The notes beneath the pieces were generated by a model. That model searched no databases. It had not been told where the DNA came from and was given only the letters and a program-made list of their open reading frames with translations. Positions 26,201-37,335 of a stretch of 64,000 nucleotides of DNA are shown piece after piece (positions within the stretch are counted from its first letter, which is position 1; the number at the start of each line of letters is the position of its first letter). This DNA comes from Lama guanicoe (Eukaryota), in NCBI GenBank assembly GCA_013239625.1, contig MU054323.1, positions 8,731,220-8,795,219 on the forward strand, read 5' to 3'. Both the position numbers and the translations under genes were made by a program.

Positions 26201-29200
26201 CCTGCATGACCAGCATCTTCCCAAGCATCCAGGCTTGAAATGCCAAAATTGCCTTTGGCTCCCTCCTCTCCCCACAGCCCACCCACATCCAAGTGATAGG
26301 GCACATTCCACCTCCGGCACCCCTAGTCTTTGCAGGATTGCTGCCACTGTCTGATGGCAGGCCTGTGACTTGCACTGACTGTGGCCCTTGCTTCTGATCT
26401 GTGCCTTTAGCCTGTCTTTCCCCTCTCATGTATCCAGGTCACTTCTGTTAGATTAATATTCACTCCAATTTTCTCTCGCAGTTTAGAAACCTTGCCTACA
26501 AAATGAAGTTTCGATCTTTACCCTTGGATTCAAAGCCCTCCATGATTTTACCACAAATGAAAAAAAAAAGCCCTTCATGGTAAAAACCCACCTTTCTAGC
26601 TTCCCCTCATGACTCCTCTGACTGTAACCTAAACTCCTGTAGTCCCTGTGGCCTCCTGCTGTCTATTCTGTCTTCAAATGGTAACTTCTTCATCTTCCCC
26701 CTTGAACCAGCATAGTTCTTTACAGGCCTCCGAAGTACTGTTTTCTCTCATTAACGCTTCTGGCACTCTAGCGCCCCCTTTTCATTCATGGCAGGACTGA
26801 GCATTGCATTTTCAGAAAGTAAAGTTTCTTTTCCCCCTCAAACCCCAAAGTCCTTTTACAAAGTTTGGAAATTATATTAAAACAAAAAAAAAAAAGGAAA
26901 AGATCACCCACAATTCTATCACTCAATGGAAATTATTACAAAAATATTTAATTTTATGCACTTTATAAAGTAATTCATGGGCTATACAGAGAAATTTGGG
27001 AAATGTAGATGACTAAAAGAAGAAAATCTTAAACCCTGTAAACTCCATCACCCATTGAAAATTGGGGATACCACTGTCTCTATAAACATATGTCCTGTTT
27101 TTTTCATAAATCTCTCCCCATGTTAAGAACTGTTAAGATAGTTGCATAATAATTCAACTGTAATAACTCATTTAATCTTTATGATTAAATGACTAGCATG
27201 TTAACTACCTGAAAAAACAATTTTATTGTTTATTCTGATTGCAAAAATAATACAGGTATATTATGTAAAATTTAAACCTCACAGATAATACAAATTGTAG
27301 AATGTATAAATCTACATTTAAGCCATCTAGAACCATCTAAAAGTACTAAAGCTATTTCAGAGGAGATGGGATTTCAGAAACTGCTGACATCAGTCAGGAA
27401 GAGGGCGCTCCAGGGACAGATCGGGGGAAGCACAAACTTGTGAGATACTGGACCACAGAAGTCAGAAAGTTAGAGAGAGGGAGATGGTGGCCTGCATGGT
27501 ATGAGAGGAGAAGTTGGTCATAAAAACCACCAACTCCCTTTCCCCCATCCCACAGGCAAATAGACATTGGTCAGTATTCTTATCATAAATATATCAATTA
27601 AGGCTCATTGCGCACAGAACGTCAGCCTGAGTGCTAAGTACAAAGCCTCTTTTTAGATCTGAGGGAATCTGAGCCCTGAGAGAATTATTTTCCCAAGGTC
27701 ATAAATGGCAAATCCCAAAAGAGATCTTCAAACCAGTGCTACTTTCCCTATATCATGCTGCCTTGAATGCCTTCTGTTAAGGGACGTTATCAAGAAGGGA
27801 TAACAATTTTATCCACCGGTACAGATGACTTTTTCATGATAGCCATCCAGCAAAAGGTTTGGGACACAAGACACACATGTTTTGATACGGGGAGGGAGTC
27901 AGGAAAGACTTGGTGCGAACTTCCCAAACTTCATTCTCATTTCCCCTTCCTGATTTTTGCCATAGCTATGTACCACCTATACTATGATTGAATATTTTCA
28001 TCTAAAAGAACTCACTTTTAGAGCTTAAATATTACCATTCTACATGACAAAATCCATGAAAAAATCACTTTTTATAGGCTGCTTATTTTTTCTAATATAC
28101 ATTAAAATTAACACATAAAAAGTTTAAATGTCCATCCTCATACCACTGAAAGTCTTCATGTTTGTCATCAGTATGTGTACCGTATTTTGGGAAATGGTGA
28201 GCACATGGGCAGCACAGTGAGGCCTCTAAGCAACATGAGTGTTGTACCATGAGTTAGAGGGCCCAGAAGATCCAAAAGGTAAACTTTACTATTTTATTAC
28301 TAGCCAAATTTAACCCTAGTAACAAAGGTCATATATATTACATATATGTACATATGTGTATATAACACACACGTGTGTGTATATATACATACATACATGC
28401 CTGGGACTAGCAAAGGAAGTAGCATGTGGAGTTGGGTGGGAGAAACATCACTGAAGCAAACACAGAAAGGAAAGTGTATCCCAGAGGTTAGGAGGAAAGC
28501 CAGCCAGAGATAGAATACGACAGGAGGAGCTGAGCTTGGAAGAGGGAGGGGACTCTGGGACCCAAGGATGAATGACAAAGCTGTGCTCAGCCATGACAGC
28601 TGCTCCAGGGAGCAGCACCAGCCCTTGACCGAAGTGTGAAGAAGGCAGAGGTACAACCCTCTGCTCCCAGCCCTTACCACCTGATGTATAGCATAAGGAT
28701 TGAGAGAATTTCAGGGAACCCAACTGTAGGAAATACACCTAAATGTACAAAGTCACAGGTGACTATGCTCTCCCATTACTCTCCAGGAGTGAATAGTCTT
28801 CCATCCACTTAGTATTAGGTTCAGCTGTAAGTGGCAAAAAACCAAAAATAACAATGGCTTCAAGAAGGTAAAACTTTGTTTTTTCTCACAAGTAAAAGTG
28901 TGGATAGGCAGTCCTGGACAACCTCATCAGAGACTCACTCTTTTTATCTCATTGCCATTCTCAACATGTGGCTACCTCATGGTTCAAGATGGCTGCTTCA
29001 ACGTAAGCCATTCCATCTTCATTCTAGACAGCAGGAAGGAGAAAAGAGGAGAAATAGGGCATGCCCATCCCAAGATACTTCCTAGAAATTGCACAGCACA
29101 TTTCTATGTATATCCCACTGGTCAGAACGCAGTCATTTGGTCACACCCACCGGGAAGGGAGGCTTGGACACATAGTCTTTATTCCCTGTGTCTTGCTAAA

Positions 29201-32200
29201 ACTTCAGGGGCTCTATTGTTGAAGAAGGAAAAGGAGAAGGGGGGAATGTCAAGAAGCAACAAGCAGTCTCCACTGGTCTTTCATCTCTGTGGCTCTCCCC
29301 AAATTGACCCTTTCTCTTCCTGCTGACCAGCCTTCTCTGTTCACAGTGTCTGACCCCTCACACTTTCTCCTTCTGCTTACACAGACTGAATGGCCACAAT
29401 GTCAGCTCTTAGCCCAACTCCACAAGGCATATTTCAGTTCTAAAGCCATACATGATCAGACTCAGCCTCTGGGTCTTGATTCCAAGTTGTCAGAGGGAAA
29501 ATTTGATTGGTCCTGTTGGATCAGGTGATCACCTCCTCAATTCTGAACCAGCTGTCTGTGGCCTGGGTCACAGTAGGGCTTTCCTTTTTAGGTTGGGGTG
29601 GAACAAGTTCTCTATGAGGTGTAAGTGGGAGGAAAGGTGAGCATCTCTGCTAAGTCTTCCTTCTGAGCTTCCTCCTGTTACAACACCCAGCCCACTGGAT
29701 GTGGTTGTCAGTTTGCTCTTCCTTAGGGCAGGGAGGTACTTATTCATATCTTATCCCCAGAGCCTACCAATTACCTCACGCGCTCAATATTTGTGGTGGA
29801 ATGAATAATCCAATCTGGTCCTTAATTTTACAGAGGTTGAATACTTGCCCAAATTCACATAATAGCGCAGCATCAGGGCAGCACAAGAACCCAAGACTCC
29901 TGATTCCCAGTCCCTGGAGTGATTTCCCTGAATTAATCAGCTTGATGTGCCTGCCCCATTATTCAGTACTTGTCTCTGTGCCCCTGTCCAGGGCTGCAGA
30001 GAATCTCCCCAAGACGTGGCGCAGGAGAGCCCCAGGCTGGAGGACATTGGCTGCACCACTGAGTCCATTTCCTACCTCAGCCTTCCTGCTGAGGTCAATG
30101 TCTCCCCAGAGCTCCAAGCTGGGCCCCTTTGAGGAGATTGTGCCCTGACTAGGCCTTGATCAAAGCTAGGGTCTAAATGCACACCAGACACTTAAGGAGG
30201 TGGGCCGAGTAATGAGGCAAAGCTGAAAAATGTCTCCATAGCCACTCACCCTGAGTTGCTCTCAGAGGAGCACCCAGCCACAGAAAAGAGCTGATGCCTC
30301 CCTTCCATCCATCTCCTGTTCCACAGCTCCCTTGACCTTCCCCCTATGTCGTCCCATTTCCCCCATGACTCACTGTGCCTGTTCTCTCACTCTCTGTGTA
30401 CCACAGGCCTCAAACCCCCTGTGGCAATCCCGGGGCTCCACCACCGTGTCTTCGGGAGGTCGTTTCCGCTGCCCATCTTGCAGGCATGAGGTCGTCCTGG
30501 ACCGACACGGCGTCTACGGCCTGCAGCGAAACCTGCTAGTGGAAAACATTATCGACATTTACAAGCAGGAGTCCTCCCGGTGAGCTGTTAGGGCCTCTTG
30601 TCTCTCTAAAGTGCAGGGCCTGGGACACAGCCAGGGAGCCCATCAGGGCCAGAAGGGAGGGGCTGAAATGACCAACCTGACTCTTCAGATTAGTGATGAG
30701 AGGACTGGACCCTGAAAGGAGGAGGGACTTGCCCCCAGCTTGGAACTCACCCAACTTAGGTGGCCTCTGATTCCTGGTCAGTGCTTCACCCTCTCCACAT
30801 GGGGAGGGGCTGGCAGTCCATCAGCAAGGTCCTTGCCAACCCTCCATGACCTCCTGCCCTGTGGGCCTTCTCTGCCCCCTGGAATGGAAACTGCTCTTGG
30901 ATCTAGGCCTTCTATACCCCATAGCTCTATTCCTCAAATGAAGAGCACTGTGGAAGTTGCTCTCCTGTCCAGCCACAGCACCAGCTGCGGGGGCAGAGAA
31001 GGTGGTGGTGGTTGGTGGAGGCTGAAGAGAAGGCATTCATGGGGCCTCATACTCTTGCCCCCACCAGCCTGGCCCCTGACCCTTCTGCCACCCTGCCTGC
31101 CCCCTTCCAGGCCACTGCACTCCAAGGCTGAGCAGCACCTCATGTGCGAGGAGCATGAAGACGAGAAGATCAATATCTACTGCCTGAACTGTGAAGTCCC
31201 CACCTGCTCCCTCTGCAAGGTCTTTGGTGCCCACAAGGACTGTGAGGTGGCCCCACTGCCCACCATTTACAAACGCCAGAAGGTATCAAGAAGCAGAGCT
31301 AGTAGGCATGTGGGTGTGGGGACATAGGACAGGGTCTCAAACTGCAGCCTCTTACTCCACTTGGTTTTAAAGGCAGGCAGATCAGGGCTGAAGTTCCAGC
31401 TCTATGCGTGACTCAGTGTGCCCTTGGGTGAGTCATTTGACCTCTCTGGCCCTCACTTTCCTCACTTGTAAAATGGGGATGAAAATGCTTCCTTCTGAGA
31501 GTTGTAAGGATAAAATGAGGAATGGATCCAATCAGAGACTTCAGTGTGGTGGACTAGGTACTATCAAGGCCATCTCACTGTCACAAGACTAAGTTCTACA
31601 TAAAACATAATTTAAAAATTATATTGGTACACACATAGGAGTAAAGGAAATCTCCAAGTAGGGGAGGGGTGGGAAGAAGAGGAGGGGGGGTTAGCTGAGA
31701 ACAGAACCCTGAGTGATAAGCACAGAAAAGGCAGGATTTTCCTGAGGGCAAATTATTACTGAACTTGAGAGATGAGACTGTGCCTCCAAAATCCTAAAAG
31801 GTGAGGGACCTGCAATGAAGACCCACCCAAGGATCCCAGGTTAAACTAGAATCCCAGGAATCCCTAAAGTGGTCAGTTGTGCCGCGTGGCTTTTGACTAA
31901 AGCAAATATAAATTCTGCCTGGAGGAAAAAACTTTCCATTTAGGCCTTGGGTTTTCCTTGGATTGAGAACAATGAAAGATTAGTCCATGATTGAAGATAC
32001 ACAAAGAAATATACCCATGAGTGAAGTCAGCAGAAACAAAAAGTATAGATTTAGACACCCAAAGATTTCAGATATTAGAATGATTAAAGAATTGAAAGTC
32101 ACTGTGTATAAAATGCCTTAAAAATGGAATTTAAAAATGAGCATTAATAGACTATATCAAAAATGCAGATTTAATAAAGAACCAAATAGAACTTTTAGAA

Positions 32201-34824
32201 ATGAACATATAATTGTTGAAATAAAACATTCAAAGGATGAATTAAATGACAGATTTCTCTCAGGAAGAGAAGGCTGAAAAAATAACCTAGAATACAGCAT
32301 TGGGAGATGAGAAGGTTGCGGATGAGAAGGTCTAACATATATCTAATCAGAGTCACAGAATGAGAGAATAAAGAGAATGGAGAATAGGCAATATTATCCT
32401 AATGGATAATCACAAAGAATTTTTCAAAATTGATGGAAGACATGAATCAACAGATAAAGCATCTAGCCCAGTACTTGGCATTTGGTAGATATTTGGTGAA
32501 TGTCTCTTCCTTTCTCGTTTGGTAGTGCAGTACTTCCTCTCTCTACCACCTTCCAGAATCCATAGAATGTGTTTTCATACTTCTTGGATGGTTTCAAACT
32601 CTCTAGATAGCTGTAAAACTGTCCTGAAGATGCTCTGATGGTGGAGCAGAGGGGGTAGTCATCTCTTAGCAGCCCTGGCTGGGGTGGTAGGGGTGCAAGC
32701 TCTAGACCAGGTCCTCCAGCCCTAATTGCTGGCCTGTGTATGTGGCAGAGTGAGCTCAGTGATGGCATCGCAATGCTGGTGGCAGGCAATGACCGTGTGC
32801 AAGCAGTGATCACACAGATGGAGGAGGTGTGCCAGACCATTGAGGTGAGCCTGGGATGGGAGGGAGGGAAAGTTTCTGGGCTCTTAGAGGTGCATCACAA
32901 GTAGTGGGATGGGCTTACCCAGGCTGCTGAATCGCAGGTCTGTCCCTCACTAGCTCTGTGACTTTTGTCCAGTTACTTAACTTCTCTGTATTTGGATTGG
33001 CTTGATTTTAAATACATAAAATAGTGATGGTGAGAATGATATGATGGCTACCTCATTGGATCTTTTTAAGAATTAAATAAGAGAACACAAGTAAAAACTA
33101 GGGCCAGAGATATAGACAGCACTCATGAAGTTTCTTTAAAATATCATTATTTGCTAAGAGAATAGATCTTAAAATTTCTCAATGCAGAAATAAAATTTTT
33201 TTAACTATGTGTGGTGATGGATGTTAACTAACCCTATTGTGATCATTTTGCAATATATACAAATATTGAATCATTATGTTGTACACTTGAAGCTAATACG
33301 TTATATGTCAATTAAACCTCAACAAAAATATATATCATTTTATTATTATTACTGAAAAAAAACCTGGGAATCAGCAGCCCTTGGCTAGAGTTCTAGCTCT
33401 GCCACTAATTTGAGATATAGTTGAGAAGTCACTTTTCTTTTTGGCTTTCTCATGAGGAGGGTGGGACAAATAGCCAGCTGCTCTCTCAGCTATGAGGTCT
33501 CATCTTTGCTCCTGGTCTTTCAGGACAACAGCCGGAGGCAGAAGCAGTTGCTAAACCAGAGGTTTGAGGCCCTGTGTGCGGTGCTGGAGGAGCGTAAGGG
33601 TGAGCTACTGCAGGCGCTGGCCCGGGAGCAGGAGGAGAAGCTGCAGCGCGTCAGGGGCCTCATCCGCCAGTACGGAGACCACCTGGAGGCCTCCTCTAAG
33701 CTGGTGGAGTCCGCCATCCAGTCCATGGAGGAGCCGCAGATGGCGCTCTACCTACAGGTGGGCCCTGGGGGAGGGTAGCAGGCTGCCTGGTGGCTGGAGT
33801 AGGGGCCTTGGCACCAGGAGACCAGGTTCAAGTCTTACCTCTGGCACCTACTTGACCCACAGACTTGGGCAAGGCACCCCCTCTGAGTCCGTTTTCTCCT
33901 TAACGAATTGGGATGCGCATCCCCACCTACCCGGCAGGACTGTGGTGGGGATCAGAAATGGGACTGCCAGAGGCTGACGTAGTGCTTACTCTCACCCTCC
34001 TTTCTTCCCTGCAGCAGGCCAAGGAGCTGATCAATAAGTGAGTAGATGGAGCGGGAAGGGAAAGAAGGGGCCGCGGGGGCTCCGCTGCCACGGGGAGGGG
34101 CTAAGGGGCTGGTAATTTCTAGCTGAGCCACCGCCGCTGCCGCCGCTTCAGGGTCGGGGCAATGTCGAAGGTGGAGTTGGCTGGACGGCCAGAGCCGGGC
34201 TATGAAAGCATGGAGCAATTCACCGTGAGCGTGGAGCACTTGGCCGAAATGCTGAGGACCATCGACTTCCAGCCGGGTGAGGGAGCGAGAAAGGTAGGGG
34301 GCGGCGGGCCGCCGGGACCAGGCGTCCAGACCCTCCGGGTCGGGGCAGGGAGGGGCATGAAGGCCAGAGAATCAGGGACTTCAACTTACCGGGCCTTCCT
34401 TCGACCCAGGCGCTTCTAGGGAGGAAGAGGAGGAGGAGGTAGCGCCGGACGGGGAAGAAGGCAGCGCAGGACCAGAGGAAGAGCGGCCAGGTGGGCCGGA
34501 GTGTGAGTGTGGCCATGGCGGGTCCTGGCTGATAAGCTCCAGCCCACTCCTCCGGCTATACCCCAGAGTGATGCATCAGGTTTGCTTGTAGTCCCTACTC
34601 CCAACCTCAACCGGGAGGGGCGCGCCCCCTAGCGCGCTTGCCGGAGTACAACTTCTTTTCCCACCATCCAGTCCTCTGGAAGTTTGGGAGACCAGGTCCG
34701 GAGGGGAAGTGAAGGAGAAACCCTCGTGGCGGGGAAATGGGGGTGACTTGGGCTTCGGAGTTGCCTAGTTCCTTTGTAGCGCCTACCCACTGAGCTTTCT
34801 TTCCTAGGCACAGGCCTGCACTGA
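20109..34824 (+). CDS. TRIM54: Tripartite motif-containing 54 (MuRF3), 366 aa; join(20109..20276,30407..30579,31111..31282,32749..32844,33524..33757,34015..34037,34152..34276,34410..34502,34808..34824)
   Basis: [34 protein letters not shown]-box ([13 protein letters not shown]), coiled coil, COS region, acidic tail; 1101 nt, all GT-AG and in phase. Confidence 0.96.
25075..26205 (+). mobile_element. hAT-Charlie-type DNA transposon remnant interrupted by an L1 fragment
   Basis: Charlie-like end sequences (ttttgtgccatagacc...aagcctatggatcc; ccccaagttaag). Confidence 0.55.
25308..25718 (-). mobile_element. LINE-1 3' end nested in the Charlie remnant
   Basis: ctttattgaggtataattgacaa...ccctggcaaccacctttctactctctgcttct; flanking near-duplication GTGGTATT(T)AAAATTT at ~25292 and ~25719. 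Confidence 0.75.
28810..29600. mobile_element. Old MaLR (MLT1-type) LTR fragments
   Basis: MLT1-like motifs (tattaggttcagctgtaagt, ggttcaagatggctgc, cactggtcagaac..gtcat). Confidence 0.55.
30407..30579 (+). CDS. TRIM54: TRIM54 exon 2
   Basis: [10 protein letters not shown]...[10 protein letters not shown]...KQESS. Confidence 0.95.
31111..31282 (+). CDS. TRIM54: TRIM54 exon 3 (B-box)
   Basis: [15 protein letters not shown]...YKRQK. Confidence 0.95.
32749..32844 (+). CDS. TRIM54: TRIM54 exon 4
   Basis: [32 protein letters not shown]. Confidence 0.94.
33155..33330 (+). mobile_element. LINE-1 3' end fragment
   Basis: gatcattttgcaatatatacaaatattgaatcattatgttgtacacttgaa...tcaattaaacctcaa. Confidence 0.75.
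33524..33757 (+). CDS. TRIM54: TRIM54 exon 5 (coiled coil)
   Basis: [14 protein letters not shown]...PQMALYLQ. Confidence 0.95.
34015..34037 (+). CDS. TRIM54: TRIM54 exon 6 (23-nt microexon)
   Basis: polypyrimidine tract, CAG|CAG GCC AAG GAG CTG ATC AAT AA|GTGAGT. Confidence 0.9.
34152..34276 (+). CDS. TRIM54: TRIM54 exon 7
   Basis: [23 protein letters not shown]...IDFQP. Confidence 0.93.
34410..34502 (+). CDS. TRIM54: TRIM54 exon 8 (acidic tail)
   Basis: [36 protein letters not shown]. Confidence 0.88.
34808..34824 (+). CDS. TRIM54: TRIM54 last exon CDS
   Basis: TTTCTTTCCTAG|GC ACA GGC CTG CAC TGA gives (C)TGLH*. Confidence 0.8.
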
Positions 34825-34936
34825 CCCGCCCTTGTTGGGGAGCCCGGCACCCGGGCCGGGCGCTCTGGTCGTGAAAGATCTTAAGCAGAGACCACCGTGC
34901 CACACAGCTCGACGCCGCGCCTTGGGGGAGGGGCTC

Positions 34937-34942
34937 AATAAA
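34937..34942 (+). terminator. Proximal candidate TRIM54 poly(A) signal
   Basis: AATAAA about 110 nt after the stop codon. Confidence 0.45.
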
Positions 34943-35346
34943 GGGCTAATGCGTCCCAATCCGCAGCTCCTTTCACTGCTCGCTGTCAGCCTTCGCTTCG
35001 CAGACGATCGCATCACCATCCCGCCCTCTCCAAATCTGGGACCATTTTGGGGGCGGAAGTGGAATGAACCCCTGTTGGGCACCTCTGTCATATTGGGCAC
35101 GGATTCCCCAGCCCAGTGCCAAGGGATGAGGGTCGGGGGGTCGTGCAGCGCCACCGGGGCTTGAGTTCCTGGGAGACACGGGGATGACGGAGACCCTAGG
35201 ACCCTAGCAGAAAGCCTTTTTTGCGGAGCCTTCTGGCAGCATCTGGTTCCCTCCCGCTGGCCTGGGAGGCCCCACTTCCCCACGGGTTCCCACCCTGCTG
35301 TGGTTCCCCTCTTCCCCGCAACAGAGGCCAACGGCTCTTCAGCACT

Positions 35347-35355
35347 TTTATTAAA
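35347..35355. terminator. Overlapping poly(A) signals: AATAAA (-, UCN, 35347-35352) and ATTAAA (+, TRIM54, 35350-35355)
   Basis: TTTATTAAA in a short AT-rich patch between the convergent genes. Confidence 0.7.
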
Positions 35356-35495
35356 AACTAGTAATACGGAGAGTGCTCAGGGTATCCCTAGGCCGCGCTA
35401 GCACCGCTGGACTGGATCAGTTCCTGTCACACGCATGTCCCAGCTTGGGGATAGAGGATGGGGGTCGAGGTTTTCGGGGACCCAGACCCCTTGGA

Positions 35496-35876
35496 TCACT
35501 TGCCCACCGAGTCGAATATGATGCGGTTCTGTTCGGCGCGCTCCCGCTGACTCTGCGTCCGCGCCAGTTCCAGCAGGGTCCGCAGCAGGTGGAAGGTGAG
35601 GTCAATGGAGAGTGGAGGGTCGTCCCGTCGCGGCCGCTCGCCTGCGATCCCGGGTCCCCATCCGCCTTGTCCGGCGCGGCGCGGGAAGCGCTCCGCCAGC
35701 AGCAAGAGGAGCGCGCGGGCCCCACCACCGTGGTTCCGCGTCCTGGGGCTCCAGCGCAGACTCGGGTCCTGGACCCCGGCCGCCGCCGTCCTCAGGTTCC
35801 ACTGGCTGCTCCCCGGGCGCAGCTGCGCCAGGAGCAGCAGCGCAGCCAGCAGCGCCGCGCGTCCCGCCAGCCTCAT
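35496..35876 (-). CDS. UCN: Urocortin (CRF family) prepropeptide, 126 aa, single coding exon
   Basis: Signal peptide [23 protein letters not shown] cleavage site, mature [40 protein letters not shown] plus GK amidation signal; Kozak GGCACCATG; acceptor at 35889. Confidence 0.98.
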   Translation of the reverse strand: MRLAGRAALLAALLLLAQLRPGSSQWNLRTAAAGVQDPSLRWSPRTRNHGGGARALLLLLAERFPRRAGQGGWGPGIAGERPRRDDPPLSIDLTFHLLRTLLELARTQSQRERAEQNRIIFDSVGK

Positions 35877-36150
35877 GGTGCCACCAACCCTGGACACACA
35901 GGAGCAGCGCAGGGTGAGGTGCGTCTGGGGCAGTCGTAGGTGGTGCCACTCCCCTTCCCGCGCACTTCCAGCGCCCCTGCCGGGCCCCTGAGACTGCCGC
36001 CCGGTGCCCACAGCCTTCCCTCCAGCCCCGGCCGCTGCCCAGTTCTTTGCCACCCTTTTCTTCCTCCCTCCCTCTTAGTGGGTCGCGGTAGGTGAGCTGA
36101 GCGCAGTTCTGGTGCTGAGGCAATCTGGGCGGATGCTCAGAGCCACTCAC

Positions 36151-36240
36151 AGGTTGCCGGAGAGCGTCTGCACGGTGCAGGACGGAGCTCCAGTCTCTGT
36201 CCCTCGGGGCGGGCTGAGGGCGCCTTGGGGAACACAGGGT
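36151..36240 (-). other. UCN: UCN non-coding exon 1 (5' end approximate)
   Basis: Donor CT|GTGAGT at 36151/36150; 261-bp intron; lies just downstream of the TATA box. Confidence 0.75.
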
Positions 36241-36263
36241 CTGTCCCGGGACCGCCGCCAGCC

Positions 36264-36297
36264 TTATATAGCACCAGGACAGCTCCGACTGACGTCA
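36264..36297 (-). promoter_or_regulatory. UCN core promoter: TATA box and CRE
   Basis: TATATAA (-) at 36264-36270; palindromic TGACGTCA at 36290-36297. Confidence 0.85.
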
Positions 36298-36587
36298 GCG
36301 AGGAACATGCACTGGTTGTAGAGCAATAAACGGCCGCAGCTGCGAGTCCGATCCATTGCGGCTGCGAAGACCCGGAGGGGCGCGCCTCAGGACACTAGCC
36401 TTCGCGTCTCTGGAAGTGACACCGGACTCAAGAAAGCGAGAAACCGGCTAGGGCATAAAAATTGCTCTGGGAGCCACGAGTTTTTCACCCGCTTAGAACA
36501 GCCGGCAGTGACTAGGGGGCCCGTCCCCAGACCAGATTAGTCCAGATCTCCAGCCTTCTCTGGCACACGAAAGGGAGGCTGGACCGT

Positions 36588-36608
36588 GGGGCTGTCCGTG
36601 GTGCTGAC
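36588..36608 (-). promoter_or_regulatory. RE1/NRSE (REST site) upstream of UCN
   Basis: GTCAGCACCACGGACAGCCCC matches 19/21 of consensus TTCAGCACCACGGACAGCGCC. Confidence 0.8.
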
Positions 36609-37034
36609 CTTGTCCTTAGCCTCAGAATGGGCCAGAGGCACTGGGAAAACGCTGTGCTGCTCAGACCTAGTCCCTTGCCCTAGCAATCCGTTCTGTAAAT
36701 GGAGGCATCAGGACAGCACCGCTGGCACTCAGCTACTACCATGGTACCCACCCAAGAGGCAGCTGAAGCAGCTTGAGCTGCCAGTATTCTTGATCTTATT
36801 CCAGCCCCAGGACCTGAATTCTAGGGCTGTCTGACTGAGGTACCATGAAAAAGAGGGTCTCTACACTCAGGGTACATTCAGACAACAAAAGGCTAATCCA
36901 TCTGCTTTTGTGGGTTTGCCACAAGGCAGGAGTTTGGCCAAGTTAAGTTTTCTCTTGGGAATCACAGCAGCAGCATTACTTTATCTTTGACTCTCCAGGT
37001 TAAGATCACTGGGGAGGAAGTAAGGAAACTTGAT

Positions 37035-37335
37035 GTCAGTCTGTCTGAGCTGCTTTAACAAAAACACCATAAACTGGGTGGCTTATAAACAACAAACATT
37101 TATTTCTCACAGTTCAGGAGACTGGGAAGTCCAAGATAATGGTGCCAGTAGGTTTGCTGTCTGCTTTCTGATTCATAGATGGCATCTTCTTGCTGTGTCC
37201 TCACATGGACTCTTGCCTTGCCCTTATGATTTAATCACTTCCCAAAGGCCCCCACCTCCTAATACCATCACCTTGGGCATTAGGTTTTCACCATACTAAT
37301 TTGGGGAGGATATGAACATTTAATCTATAGCACAT
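37035..37335 (-). mobile_element. MaLR (MLT1-type) solo LTR
   Basis: aaactgggtggcttataaacaacaaacatttatttctcacagttc..ggagactgggaagtccaagat; cccaaaggccccacctcctaataccatcaccttggg. Confidence 0.8.

Larger units (their letters stand above)
33540..36520. promoter_or_regulatory. CpG-rich domain covering the TRIM54 3' exons and all of UCN
   Basis: High GC and CpG density. Confidence 0.75.

Noticed and set aside
35373..35991. Plus-strand ORFs antisense to UCN
   Set aside because: Shadow ORFs of a GC-rich coding exon
35877..36053. Apparent 59-aa N-terminal extension of UCN
   Set aside because: Mostly within the 261-bp intron, starts at GTG; the ATG at 35876 has a good Kozak context and begins the signal peptide
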